Part shown: piece after piece, positions 1-8,301 of the stretch
Layout of the letters: every line of letters starts with the position of its first letter
Position numbering within the stretch: the stretch's first letter is position 1
Source of the DNA: Patescibacteria group bacterium
Lineage (GTDB): Bacteria > Patescibacteriota > Patescibacteriia > PEXW01
NCBI GenBank assembly: GCA_041665345.1
Contig: JBAYJA010000001.1
Coordinates: 73,206-137,205 of the forward strand
DNA: 64,000 nucleotides
Reading direction: 5' to 3'
The notes under the pieces: model-generated
The model's input: the letters and a program-made list of their open reading frames with translations, nothing else
The model's database searches: none
Told to the model about the DNA's origin: nothing
Translations under genes and position numbers: made by a program

Positions 1-253
1 TCTCCGCGGAGGTCGGCGAGTTTGTCGTCAAGGTAATCCTTGGTCACCATTCGGGTTTCGAATTGTCCGAGTTGGTGTTTCAGAGCATTCTTGGTTACCA
101 TGTTTGCCCGCAACGACTGTAACTCGTGCTGCACTGGGATTAGCTGTTCTGCCAGATGGGTTTTTGTTACCATCTGCCGTTCAGTTATATCCGCTAAGCT
201 GTGGACAGCTTCCAGAACATCTTGGATTGTGGGTTCAGATTCTTTAGGCATAA
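1..253 (-). CDS. Partial ORF running off the window start (start codon at 251-253). Repetitive hypothetical protein with three ~20-aa repeats, each beginning MVTK.
   Basis: Minus-strand translation MPKESEPTIQDVLEAVHSLADITERQMVTKTHLAEQLIPVQHELQSLRANMVTKNALKHQLGQFETRMVTKDYLDDKLADLRG has no stop before the window edge. Nucleotide repeats YTTGGTYACCAT occur at about 41, 91 and 160. Confidence 0.3.
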
Positions 254-347
254 ATAGGTGCGAAATGAGTGAGAATCCGCCTCTTGTCGGATTCCCAGCA
301 TAGCGCGGCTTTTGGGTGCGTGCAAGTTTGGGGTGCGGGGTATGATA

Positions 348-376
348 TTGACGTTTCTTTTGCTTCACATTAAGGT
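348..376 (+). promoter_or_regulatory. Candidate sigma70-type promoter TTGACG-N17-TAAGGT upstream of 542..1204.
   Basis: TTGACG at 348-353, a 17-nt spacer, TAAGGT at 371-376. The same architecture recurs at 13078, 14887 and 55961. Confidence 0.35.
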
Positions 377-408
377 AAGAGACCTACACGACCTTTGAAA
401 AACCTCCT

Positions 409-456
409 GCCATAGCTGAAAGTCCCTGCATTTTTCTGGGGGTTTCCAGCTGTGGC
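409..456 (+). promoter_or_regulatory. 5' leader stem GCCATAGCTG / CAGCTGTGGC enclosing 28 nt, related to the leader element at 17737..17839.
   Basis: 10-bp long-range pairing with one G-U wobble. The enclosed loop starts AAAG and ends TTTC, and the left arm contains CATAGC. The paralog leader shares all three features. Confidence 0.3.
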
Positions 457-541
457 ATGCGAAACATACCACCCAGCCGGCCCGTTTCTGATTCTGGCAA
501 GGTGCCTGAACAGAGAATGAGCTGCAACGCAGAAAGGAGCG

Positions 542-1204
542 ATGACGATGCGCAAAACATCGATCACGCCTCAGCAACTTGATCAGTTTCGTCAGTTAGG
601 CGAGGCTCGATTGAAAAAGATGGGTATCACCAGCGAAGAGTTCCAATTGGCAGTTATTGCCCAAGGTGGTGTCTACCAAGATAAGTTGGAGGAGATCATT
701 CGGGAAATGATAAAATTCCATCAACGTTCCATCGAGCCGCACATCCTTGCCCGCAAGACCTTTGACCCCGAGCAGTTCATCGGGGAAGGTTGGACGATTG
801 ACGAGCGGATCGGTAAGCGATCTGATGGCAACCTGGACGCCGGGCAGATTACACGAAAGGATTATTCCACATCCGATGTATCGTACATCAACGGCGAAGA
901 ACGCTTGCAATGCATCAAGATCACTCCGGATGACATTCAACTGGATGGCGAGGATTTCCTCGCTCTCTATGAGGAAAAAGATCAGTTGACTTTGCGATGG
1001 CTCTACGAAACCAAGGGTTTCGAATGGCTTTCCTTCTGGGGAATTATTCTGCGTGACCCAGAAGGCAACCGTAAGGTCCTGTACCTGTACCGGGACGTCG
1101 GCGGTTCCTGGGTCTGGCGCTGTCTCTGGGTCGACATCGACGATTGGTATTCCAGCATTCCTTCGGCTGTGCTCGCAAGCCCGCTCGCCGAAGCCAAAGC
1201 GTAG
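542..1204 (+). CDS. Hypothetical protein, 220 aa, paralogous to 17890..18552.
   Basis: ORF with RBS AAAGGAGCG upstream. Shares blocks with the second copy: FDPEQFIGEGWTIDERIGKR, DDIQLDGEDFLALYEE, YETKGFEWLSFWG, VLYLYRDVGGSWVW, IDDW. Confidence 0.6.
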   Translation: MTMRKTSITPQQLDQFRQLGEARLKKMGITSEEFQLAVIAQGGVYQDKLEEIIREMIKFHQRSIEPHILARKTFDPEQFIGEGWTIDERIGKRSDGNLDAGQITRKDYSTSDVSYINGEERLQCIKITPDDIQLDGEDFLALYEEKDQLTLRWLYETKGFEWLSFWGIILRDPEGNRKVLYLYRDVGGSWVWRCLWVDIDDWYSSIPSAVLASPLAEAKA

Positions 1205-1269
1205 GCGAATCAGCAGGCATATTGTTCTACTTTGGCGCTTTGACTTAGACACTTGGTCTTTCGTAAAAT

Positions 1270-1300
1270 CCCCGCATCATCACTGGTGCGGGGCTTTTTT
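1270..1300 (+). terminator. Rho-independent terminator.
   Basis: CCCCGCA-N10-TGCGGGG followed by TTTTTT. Confidence 0.6.
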
Positions 1301-1465
1301 ACAAACCAAAAGCCGAGGCATGAAAGCCTCGACTACCCAGCTCATTCTTCATAGCGACTTCAGTCGCGTAAGGAAAGGAATGTCTAACCGCACTTCCGCC
1401 AAAGGCGGATCCGGCTTCGCCGGAAAAGTGCGTTTGAAGGTTTTAGATTAAAGTCCGTTGGAAGT

Positions 1466-2035
1466 TTACTCCCCAGCCCGTGCCGTGTACTCGCCCGTCT
1501 CGGTGCTGACCATGATTCGTTCCCCAGATTTGATGAAGAGGGGAGCTTTGACTTGCAGGCCGTTGTCCAAGGTGATGGTCTTGGCGGTGTTGGTGGCGGT
1601 GTCCCCGCGCACGGCGTCAGGTGAGTCTGTCACGGTGTACTCAATTTTTTTGGGTAATTGAATGGTGACGGGCTTGCTCTCAAACTGCAGCACGTCCACC
1701 ACCAAACCCTCTTTTAGGTACTTCACCTGGTCACCCAGTTGCTCGGTGGTCAGGAAGAACTGGTCGTAGGTCTCCTGGTCCATAAAGTAGTGCTCCGTGT
1801 CCTGGGCGTACAGGTAGCTGGCTTTGGTGCGGGATAAATCTGCCTCCGGGATTTTGTCCCCAGGTTTGAAGGTTTGCTCCAGCACCCGGCCGGAAATAAG
1901 GTTCTTCAGCTTCGTCCGCATCACCGGTTTGCGTTGCGCTGTGCGCATGAAGTCAGACCACAGTACCACGTAGGGCTCGTTGTCGATGGTGATGGCGACC
2001 CCAATGCGGAGGTCATTCATGGTGAGGACGGACAT
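1466..2035 (-). CDS. efp: Elongation factor P.
   Basis: 189 aa. N-terminus NDLRIG..IDNEPYVV and KPVMRTKLKNLISGRV match the EF-P family. Confidence 0.9.
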   Translation of the reverse strand: MSVLTMNDLRIGVAITIDNEPYVVLWSDFMRTAQRKPVMRTKLKNLISGRVLEQTFKPGDKIPEADLSRTKASYLYAQDTEHYFMDQETYDQFFLTTEQLGDQVKYLKEGLVVDVLQFESKPVTIQLPKKIEYTVTDSPDAVRGDTATNTAKTITLDNGLQVKAPLFIKSGERIMVSTETGEYTARAGE

Positions 2036-2037
2036 AG

Positions 2038-2080
2038 GTTACGAATTACGAAATAAAGATACGAATATACGAATTACGAA
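2038..2080 (-). repeat. Tandem heptamer array (W)TACGAA, six units; TTCGTAA in gene sense. It ends 5 nt before the efp start codon.
   Basis: Plus strand reads GTTACGAATTACGAAATAAAGATACGAATATACGAATTACGAA. In efp sense it reads ...TTCGTAATTCGTAACCT-ATG. A G10 homopolymer follows at 2082-2091. Confidence 0.6.
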
Positions 2081-2202
2081 TGGGGGGGGGGAGGATGAGG
2101 AACGAAGAAGAGAGAACCAGATAAACCAAGCCTGGATCTCAATTGCGCCTTCCATCATCACCTTATAACCATACTCGCCGCCACACCCAAACCCTCAACC
2201 TC

Positions 2203-2445
2203 TTACCGCGGCGTATACGGCACGAGCGCCATGAAGCGTGCGCGCTTGATTGCTTCTGCCGTCATCCGTTGGTGGCGCATGCACAGACCCGTGCGGCGGC
2301 GGGGGAGAATCTTGCTGTAGGAGGAGATGAACTTCTGGTAGCCACGGGGATCTTTGTAATCCAAGGAGGTATTGCCCAAGACGCAGAAGTGGCACTGCTT
2401 GGGTGGCGGGGGGAGCGTGGCTTGTTTTTGACGTTGTTGGCGCAT
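2203..2445 (-). CDS. rpsR: 30S ribosomal protein S18.
   Basis: 80 aa with CHFC...LDYKD...FISSYSKILPRRRTGLC...QR...AIKRARFMALVPY. Confidence 0.9.
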   Translation of the reverse strand: MRQQRQKQATLPPPPKQCHFCVLGNTSLDYKDPRGYQKFISSYSKILPRRRTGLCMRHQRMTAEAIKRARFMALVPYTPR

Positions 2446-2463
2446 ACAGGGAGCAGGGGAGGA

Positions 2464-2898
2464 CTAGAATGGAATATCTTCGACGTTCACTTCGGGTTCT
2501 GCGTCTGCAGGAGCCGGGGTGTCCGTGGGGGCTGGGGCGTCAGCTGTTGGTGCAGCAGCGCGTTGGCCAGGGCGATCTAGCATGATGAGGTTTTCGGCCA
2601 CAATTTCCGTACGATACTTCTTCTGGCCAGAGGGGTCATCCCAGGAGCGGGTCTGCAACCGGCCTTCCACAAAGACTTTGGAACCCTTCTTGACGTACTG
2701 GCCAATAATTTCCGCCAGCTTGCGCCAGGCAACCACGCTGTGGAATTCCACTTGCTCTTTCTTCTGCCCGGCCGTGTCGGTCCAGGTGCGGTTGGTGGCA
2801 ACGCTGAAGAGGGCAACCTGCTGGCCGCCGCCGGTGGTGCGCACGTCGGGGTCGCGGGTGATGTTCCCAATGATCATGACCTTGTTGAGGTTCATCAT
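2464..2898 (-). CDS. ssb: Single-stranded DNA-binding protein.
   Basis: OB-fold N-terminus MNLNKVMIIGNITRDPDVRTT, a Pro/Ala-rich linker, and the acidic C-terminal tail EDIPF. Confidence 0.9.
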   Translation of the reverse strand: MMNLNKVMIIGNITRDPDVRTTGGGQQVALFSVATNRTWTDTAGQKKEQVEFHSVVAWRKLAEIIGQYVKKGSKVFVEGRLQTRSWDDPSGQKKYRTEIVAENLIMLDRPGQRAAAPTADAPAPTDTPAPADAEPEVNVEDIPF

Positions 2899-2936
2899 AT
2901 GTTCGTACGGGTAAGATGGAGTGTGGGAATGGAAAA

Positions 2937-3446
2937 TTACTTGACGGCGTCCTCGTCCAGGATCTCGTCAATCTTCTTGTCCAACTCATCCAGGGAGAGG
3001 GGGGCAGCATCCACAGCCGTCCGCTTGGGGGTGGCAGTTTCTGCCAGGCGGTCTGCAGCTTCCCGGGTTTGCCGAGCTTGCGCGTCTTCGCGGGCTTTGC
3101 GGGCTTGGATTTTCTCTTGGATCCGGGCTTCTTCTTCCAGTTCTTTGGCAGTCTTCAGCTTGGTTTGGATGGGCAAGAACCGAATGACTTCGTCCACCAA
3201 CTTCAATTTTCCCGTGAAGCCATTGAAGGCTGCGGGTTCCAGGTTGAAGTCCAGGTCCACGTAGGTGCCGGTTTTGTGCTTGCCAATGGGGTAGGCGAGC
3301 TTGCGCTTGCCAATGACGTGGCTGTTCAGAACCTCGCCTCCAGCTGCGGTCACCAGGTCGCGAATTGTTCCCAAGACGCCATCAGCTGCTTCAGGGGCAA
3401 CTTGGGAGCCAACGATGGCGAGTAGGTCGTAGTGTTTTGTAGCCAT
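2937..3446 (-). CDS. rpsF: 30S ribosomal protein S6 with a long C-terminal low-complexity extension.
   Basis: Starts MATKHYDLLAIVG. The rpsF-ssb-rpsR gene order is conserved. Start chosen at the internal Met of the 195-aa ORF. Confidence 0.85.
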   Translation of the reverse strand: MATKHYDLLAIVGSQVAPEAADGVLGTIRDLVTAAGGEVLNSHVIGKRKLAYPIGKHKTGTYVDLDFNLEPAAFNGFTGKLKLVDEVIRFLPIQTKLKTAKELEEEARIQEKIQARKAREDAQARQTREAADRLAETATPKRTAVDAAPLSLDELDKKIDEILDEDAVK

Positions 3447-3598
3447 GGAAAAAATGCCAAAAAATGTGTACCCACCGTACCACGTGGGGGGAAGGGAGTC
3501 AAGGGAATGGGACTGGCAAAGCACCGGAATCCATCAAATAGCCCCAGGTAGGCGGCTTTTGCTTTACGCCCTAGACCCGCAACCGCTACACTGCACCT

Positions 3599-4831
3599 AT
3601 GCACACTGGAGATTGGATTGCCTGTTTTGGCCGCGAACCCTCACTTTCGGCCTGGGAACTGTACCGCGTTACCGGGCAGGATTTTGGCACATTGCACAAG
3701 GAAGTGGCTGTCCTGCCGCCTATGCCTGGACATAGCTTGGTGCAGCTCCAGCAGCGCTGTGGGGGGCTGGTGAAGGTTGGGGAGGTCTTGGGCATAGCGC
3801 CTGACTTGGTGAGTCTCCACGCCACCCTGGTGCAGGCATGGCCGCAGTTGGTCCCGGCTGGGAGTACGGCCCGGGTCCACTTTGGGGTGAGTGTGTACGG
3901 TGCTGGCGGCGCGACGTTGCCACAGGTTCGAAAAGAAGCGAAGAACCTGGCGCAGGGTTTGAAGCGAGAGCTGGTGGAACGGGGTCGGTCTGCGCGGTTG
4001 GTCATTGCCAAAGAACCAGTCTTGCCAGCAGCAGCACTGATCCAGGGAAAAATCTTGGAACGGGGATTTGAAATTCTCATCCTCACCACCCCAGATGGTT
4101 TGGTCTGGGGGAAGACCGTGGCCGTGCAAGATATTAGCGGGTATGGCAACCGAGACGTGGGCCGGCCGCGGCGGGATGCAACGTCCGGCATGCTGCCGCC
4201 CAAGCTGGCGCAGATTATGGTGAACCTCACTGCGCCCCGGCCACAGGCAACGTTGCTGGATCCGTTTTGCGGTTCTGGCACGATTCTGCAAGAAGCTGCA
4301 CTCTTGGGGGTGGAGCACATCGTTGGTTCGGACATGAGTGACAAAGCTGTGCAAGATTCCACGGTGAACATTGCCTGGTTGCAAGAGCACAGCCAGGTCA
4401 CGAAAGACATCCGCGTCTTCCGGGCTGATGCTGCAGAAATTGCCAAGCATGTGAAACCAAACTCCATTGAGACCATTGCAACTGAGCCGTACTTGGGTCC
4501 ACCCCAACGAGGTGTGCCGCGCGGCAGAGTTCTCCTGCCACTCATCTCCGCACTCAGCCGGCAGTACGAGCAGTGGCTGCAGGCCATGGCCGACGTATTA
4601 CAACCGGGTGGTCGTTTAGCCATGGTCTGGCCTTTCTTTCAGGTGGAAAAGCAGGGGTACTTTTTGCAAGTGCAAGACGCAGCAAAGAACGCTGGTTTCC
4701 AGGTCATACAGCCGCCAACCTGGATGCTGGAGCAACCCTGGTTCCGCTCCACGCCGCGCGGCACTGTGCTGTACTCTCGACCTGACCAAGTAGTGGGCCG
4801 GGAAATTGCCTTACTGGAAAAACATGCGTAG
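3599..4831 (+). CDS. THUMP-domain class I SAM-dependent RNA methyltransferase (RlmL/Trm14-like).
   Basis: SAM-binding motif LLDPFCGSGTILQEAALLG, catalytic-region motif TEPYLGPP, and an N-terminal THUMP-like region. The start codon is uncertain. Confidence 0.6.
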   Translation: MHTGDWIACFGREPSLSAWELYRVTGQDFGTLHKEVAVLPPMPGHSLVQLQQRCGGLVKVGEVLGIAPDLVSLHATLVQAWPQLVPAGSTARVHFGVSVYGAGGATLPQVRKEAKNLAQGLKRELVERGRSARLVIAKEPVLPAAALIQGKILERGFEILILTTPDGLVWGKTVAVQDISGYGNRDVGRPRRDATSGMLPPKLAQIMVNLTAPRPQATLLDPFCGSGTILQEAALLGVEHIVGSDMSDKAVQDSTVNIAWLQEHSQVTKDIRVFRADAAEIAKHVKPNSIETIATEPYLGPPQRGVPRGRVLLPLISALSRQYEQWLQAMADVLQPGGRLAMVWPFFQVEKQGYFLQVQDAAKNAGFQVIQPPTWMLEQPWFRSTPRGTVLYSRPDQVVGREIALLEKHA

Positions 4832-5795
4832 CAAATGGTTCGGGGTGCTTGTCATCTTCGGCCTCACCTTTCCGGGTTTTGCCCACGCCAGCGCAACTTT
4901 GGTTTTTAGTGGTGACGTAATGCTGGGTCGATCAGTCCGCGATCAAATCAACCGTCGCGGTGGTGGAAATGGCGCCTGGGTAACGGCGAATCTTGCCAAA
5001 GTTTTTCGGCAAGCTGATTTGGCATTTGTCAATTTGGAGTCGCCGTTCCTCGCGGGCTCAGCTTCCAGCCAGGAAATGATTTTCCGCGCTGACCCAAAGC
5101 ACGTCACCGCGCTCACGGGCGCGGGTATTGACGTGGTTTCCTTTGCGAATAACCACAGCCGGAACCAGGGGAGCGCAGGCATTCAAGCCACGGTTGATCT
5201 GCTGCAGAAAAACCGGATCCTCGTTGCTGGCGCCGGCAGTACGTCAAAAGTCGCCTACGCGCCCCGCTTCTTCCAGGCTGGCGCAGTTCCGGTTGCGGTC
5301 TTGGCGTACACGTATGGCGAACGAGTGCTGACGACGAATATCCAGAAAACAACCATTGCTAATGTGGATATCTGGTTAATGCAAGCAGAGGTGAAGAAGG
5401 TGCGTGCCACAGGCAGGTTTGTGGTGGTGTCATTGCATGCGGGGAATGAGTACACCGTGGTACCAAACTCGCTGCAGAAGACTTTTGCCCATGCCGCTGT
5501 GGATGCAGGCGCCGATCTGGTCATTGGCCATCACCCGCACTGGGTGCAGCCCGTGGAAAAGTACAAAGGCAAGCACATTCTGTACTCCTTGGGGAATCTG
5601 GTTTTTGATCAAACGTGGTCGAAGAATACCCAGGAAGGTGCGGTGGCGCGGGTAACGGTGTCTGACCGGCGTCAGGTGACGCTAGAGGTGTTGCCAGTGA
5701 AAATCGAACGCACCAGCCAGCCGCGGTTCATGTCGGCTAGTGAGGCAAAACCGGTACTGCAGCGGATGCTGGTCCCGATCAGTGGGAAATTGTGA
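4824..5795 (+). CDS. CapA/PgsA-family metallophosphatase-like protein with a signal peptide.
   Basis: N-terminal signal MRSKWFGVLVIFGLTFPGFAHA. Motifs GDVMLGR, NLESP, FANNH and GHHPHW are typical of the CapA family. Confidence 0.65.
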   Translation: MRSKWFGVLVIFGLTFPGFAHASATLVFSGDVMLGRSVRDQINRRGGGNGAWVTANLAKVFRQADLAFVNLESPFLAGSASSQEMIFRADPKHVTALTGAGIDVVSFANNHSRNQGSAGIQATVDLLQKNRILVAGAGSTSKVAYAPRFFQAGAVPVAVLAYTYGERVLTTNIQKTTIANVDIWLMQAEVKKVRATGRFVVVSLHAGNEYTVVPNSLQKTFAHAAVDAGADLVIGHHPHWVQPVEKYKGKHILYSLGNLVFDQTWSKNTQEGAVARVTVSDRRQVTLEVLPVKIERTSQPRFMSASEAKPVLQRMLVPISGKL

Positions 5796-5800
5796 GCGAA

Positions 5801-5828
5801 GAAAAAGCGCTGACCTTTCAATCAGCGC
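5801..5828 (+). repeat. 28-bp direct repeat, copy 1; it forms a terminator hairpin AGCGCTGA-N8-TCAGCGCT.
   Basis: AAAAAGCGCTGACCTTTCAATCAGCGCT is repeated 27/28 at 6545..6572. Confidence 0.6.
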
Positions 5829-5842
5829 TAGGAATCGTAGAG

Positions 5843-6448
5843 TTACCACCGAGCAGTAATGAAATATGTCCCCGACTCATGGCTTTTTCTGTTTGCGTTT
5901 GGCACGCAGGGCGTGAGGAGCTGAATTTCGGTAGTGAGATTGAGGATTTTACAAACGGTGTAGATCTCAAAACTACGGAAATCCTTCAGCCAACTTGGAT
6001 TGAAAATGTGCTTTGCTCCCTGCTTCTCGTTCGGAGGGACTGAGTAGTCACTTGAGGTTAGCTCCATTACGAGCATTCGATCGATCCCGGCTTGTGCAAG
6101 GTACTGGACTATCCCAGGAAGTTTTTTTGCGAATTCATGAAACGGCATGAATCGATGTTGGCCAACTGCACGTTGTAGGTCGGTCACGCCATGATCAGTA
6201 TTTTCGCAACAGTGGAAACCTGGTTGCGGTAGAAAGTAGTGCTGCTGTTTGCAGCCCGGGCATTGGATTGTCAAACATTCGACAATGGACAATCCCACAC
6301 AGAAAGCCGAAGTGTGAACATCTTTTTGGTCGGTTTCCGTAATTTTGTACGTGTACCCAGATACCGGACAGTGGAAAGTTTTGCCCAGAAGTTCCTTAAA
6401 GTGTGTTGGGAATTGGTGTTTAAAGGTTTCGTCAACAATAGCACGCAT
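5843..6448 (-). CDS. Hypothetical Cys-rich protein, 201 aa, in a low-GC segment bounded by direct repeats.
   Basis: ORF with Cys motifs HCPV, CPGC and HCC. GC content is clearly lower than the flanks. No family recognised. Confidence 0.5.
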   Translation of the reverse strand: MRAIVDETFKHQFPTHFKELLGKTFHCPVSGYTYKITETDQKDVHTSAFCVGLSIVECLTIQCPGCKQQHYFLPQPGFHCCENTDHGVTDLQRAVGQHRFMPFHEFAKKLPGIVQYLAQAGIDRMLVMELTSSDYSVPPNEKQGAKHIFNPSWLKDFRSFEIYTVCKILNLTTEIQLLTPCVPNANRKSHESGTYFITARW

Positions 6449-6544
6449 GGAAACTCCTTTTTATTGCGTTTGTTCATGTACGTTTGTAGTTTCTTACCCT
6501 ATCAGCACAATTTCCACTCGTCAAGAAAGGCGCTTTGTGGATAA

Positions 6545-6572
6545 AAAAAGCGCCGACCTTTCAATCAGCGCT
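6545..6572 (+). repeat. 28-bp direct repeat, copy 2.
   Basis: AAAAAGCGCCGACCTTTCAATCAGCGCT; one mismatch to copy 1. Confidence 0.6.
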
Positions 6573-6978
6573 TATATATGGTTGCCCGTGACAAGGTCAT
6601 CAGTGAGAGGGGATTAGCCTCTCGTAGATGGGATCACCTCCTTTACCGTAATGACCTGTACGGATGCAATCGGCTCAAAAGAATGCTTTCGAATCACTAT
6701 AGCCTCCTGATGCTTCACACCCAGCACCTGGGGTTTTGAGGTTGCGTACCATGGTGTCGTTTTGGGTAACGAACCGTTTCGTCTTCAGTATAACGAAAAA
6801 ACCTACACCCAGGGAAGAACTGGGTCAAGGTTTTGGATGTCGATAGGAGTATGGAGGGCAGGTAGAGTTGGAAGGTTAGCAGAGATGCTAATTTTCCCCT
6901 CCTTTCCAAGGAGCCGTCTGCGGCGGGTGCGAGCGAGTGCAGCACCCCCAGGTTAGGGGTGGTTCTGCTCTCCTTCTT

Positions 6979-7065
6979 TGTCATTCTGAGCCTCACTGCA
7001 GTGGGGCGAAGAATCTCCGTGGTTGGTTACAGTCTTCAGAGATCCTTCGAAGACTCAGGATGACA
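6979..7065 (+). repeat. MITE-like element with 12-bp terminal inverted repeats TGTCATTCTGAG / CTCAGGATGACA.
   Basis: A second copy at 38282..38388 shares the terminal inverted repeats and a 25-nt right-end block GAGATYCTTCGAAGACTCAG. Confidence 0.4.
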
Positions 7066-7153
7066 AAAAGCACCAAAGATCTCTACAGCTTTATGGCTCT
7101 ACCCCGACGATCCCACTGCGGGATGTCGGGGCGGGTGGCTTTCTGGCTTCTTC

Positions 7154-8245
7154 CTACACTCCGACGCGGAAATGCGCCACGTCGCCATCGCGCATGACGT
7201 ACTCTTTGCCTTCAATGCGCAGCAAGCCTTTGTCTCGGCAGCCAGACTCGCCGTACTGCACCAGATCTTTCCAATCCATTACCTCCGCACGGATGAATGC
7301 ACTTTCAAAATCGGAGTGGATAACCCCCGCCGCTTCTGGTGCCAGCGCACCTTGGCGGACAGTCCAGGCTTTGGTTTCCATTTCTCCAGAGGTGAAGAAG
7401 GTGAGCAGCCCCAGGGTGTGATACGCCTTCTTTATCAACCGGTTCAAGCCGGGTTCAGTGAGGCCTAAGTCTTTCAGGTACGCGTCAGCTTCCTCCGTTG
7501 TGAGCTCTGCAAGTTCTGCTTCAATTTTTGCTGAGATGACCAGCACATCCTCCACGTTGAATTTGTTCGCCTCGGCAAACTGTTTCTGAAGAGTGTCCGC
7601 ATTTTTTAATTCTGCTTCATCGGCGTTGATGACGTAGAGTACAGGTTTGCCAGACAAGAGCTGTAACTCCTTGATAAGCGGTCCCAAATCAGCATCTTCT
7701 CGAAACGTGCGAGCCGGGGTGCCAGCCGCCAACGCCTGTTCCAGTTTTTCCAAATGGGGGAGCTGTGCCACGCTGAGTTTATCTCCCGACTTCACTTTCC
7801 CCCGTGCTGTCTCCACCCGTTTCTTCACTGCCTCCAAATCCGCCAGAGCAAGCTCAGTGTCAATGGTAGCCACATCTTCAATCGGATTGACCCGGTTATC
7901 CACATGGATGACGTCGGGATCGGTAAAAGACCGAACCACGTGGGCAATGGCCGCCACCTCTCGAATGTTCGCCAAAAACTTGTTGCCCAAGCCTTCACCC
8001 TTGTGCGCGTCTTTCACTAAACCAGCAATGTCTACGAATTCAATAATCGTGGGCACAATTTTGCCCGACGCGCTGACCTTGGCCATGGGCGCCAGGCGTT
8101 CATCCGGCACTTCCACCACGCCCACGTTGGGATCTATGGTGGTAAAGGGGTAGTTTTCCGCGGGCACAGCCTTCTTCGTAAGGGCGCGGAATAAACTGGA
8201 TTTTCCGACGTTGGGGAGACCAACAATTCCTATTTGGAGTGACAT
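7154..8245 (-). CDS. ychF: Ribosome-binding ATPase YchF.
   Basis: IGIVGLPNVGKSSLFRALT and NYPFTTIDPNVG, with a C-terminal TGS domain. Confidence 0.9.
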   Translation of the reverse strand: MSLQIGIVGLPNVGKSSLFRALTKKAVPAENYPFTTIDPNVGVVEVPDERLAPMAKVSASGKIVPTIIEFVDIAGLVKDAHKGEGLGNKFLANIREVAAIAHVVRSFTDPDVIHVDNRVNPIEDVATIDTELALADLEAVKKRVETARGKVKSGDKLSVAQLPHLEKLEQALAAGTPARTFREDADLGPLIKELQLLSGKPVLYVINADEAELKNADTLQKQFAEANKFNVEDVLVISAKIEAELAELTTEEADAYLKDLGLTEPGLNRLIKKAYHTLGLLTFFTSGEMETKAWTVRQGALAPEAAGVIHSDFESAFIRAEVMDWKDLVQYGESGCRDKGLLRIEGKEYVMRDGDVAHFRVGV

Positions 8246-8301
8246 GTTGTGGATACTACCAGGCTTCTGCACTTTCTCCTAGTCAGGTATACTATAGGCA
8301 T

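Noticed and set aside
2143-2580. Many long antisense ORFs in the track (for example 2143..2580, 3586..4623, 3641..4507, 23570..24790, 39832..40659, 50912..51919, 62230..63213)
   Set aside because: They lie antisense to strongly conserved genes (rpsR/ssb, the methyltransferase, rnj, groEL, guaA, dnaG), have no recognisable motifs, and are typical GC-rich antisense artefacts.
8239-8301. Longer start at 8239 for the membrane protein, which would overlap the ychF start
   Set aside because: It would overlap divergently transcribed ychF. MFENIPSP at 8302 gives a clean intergenic arrangement.
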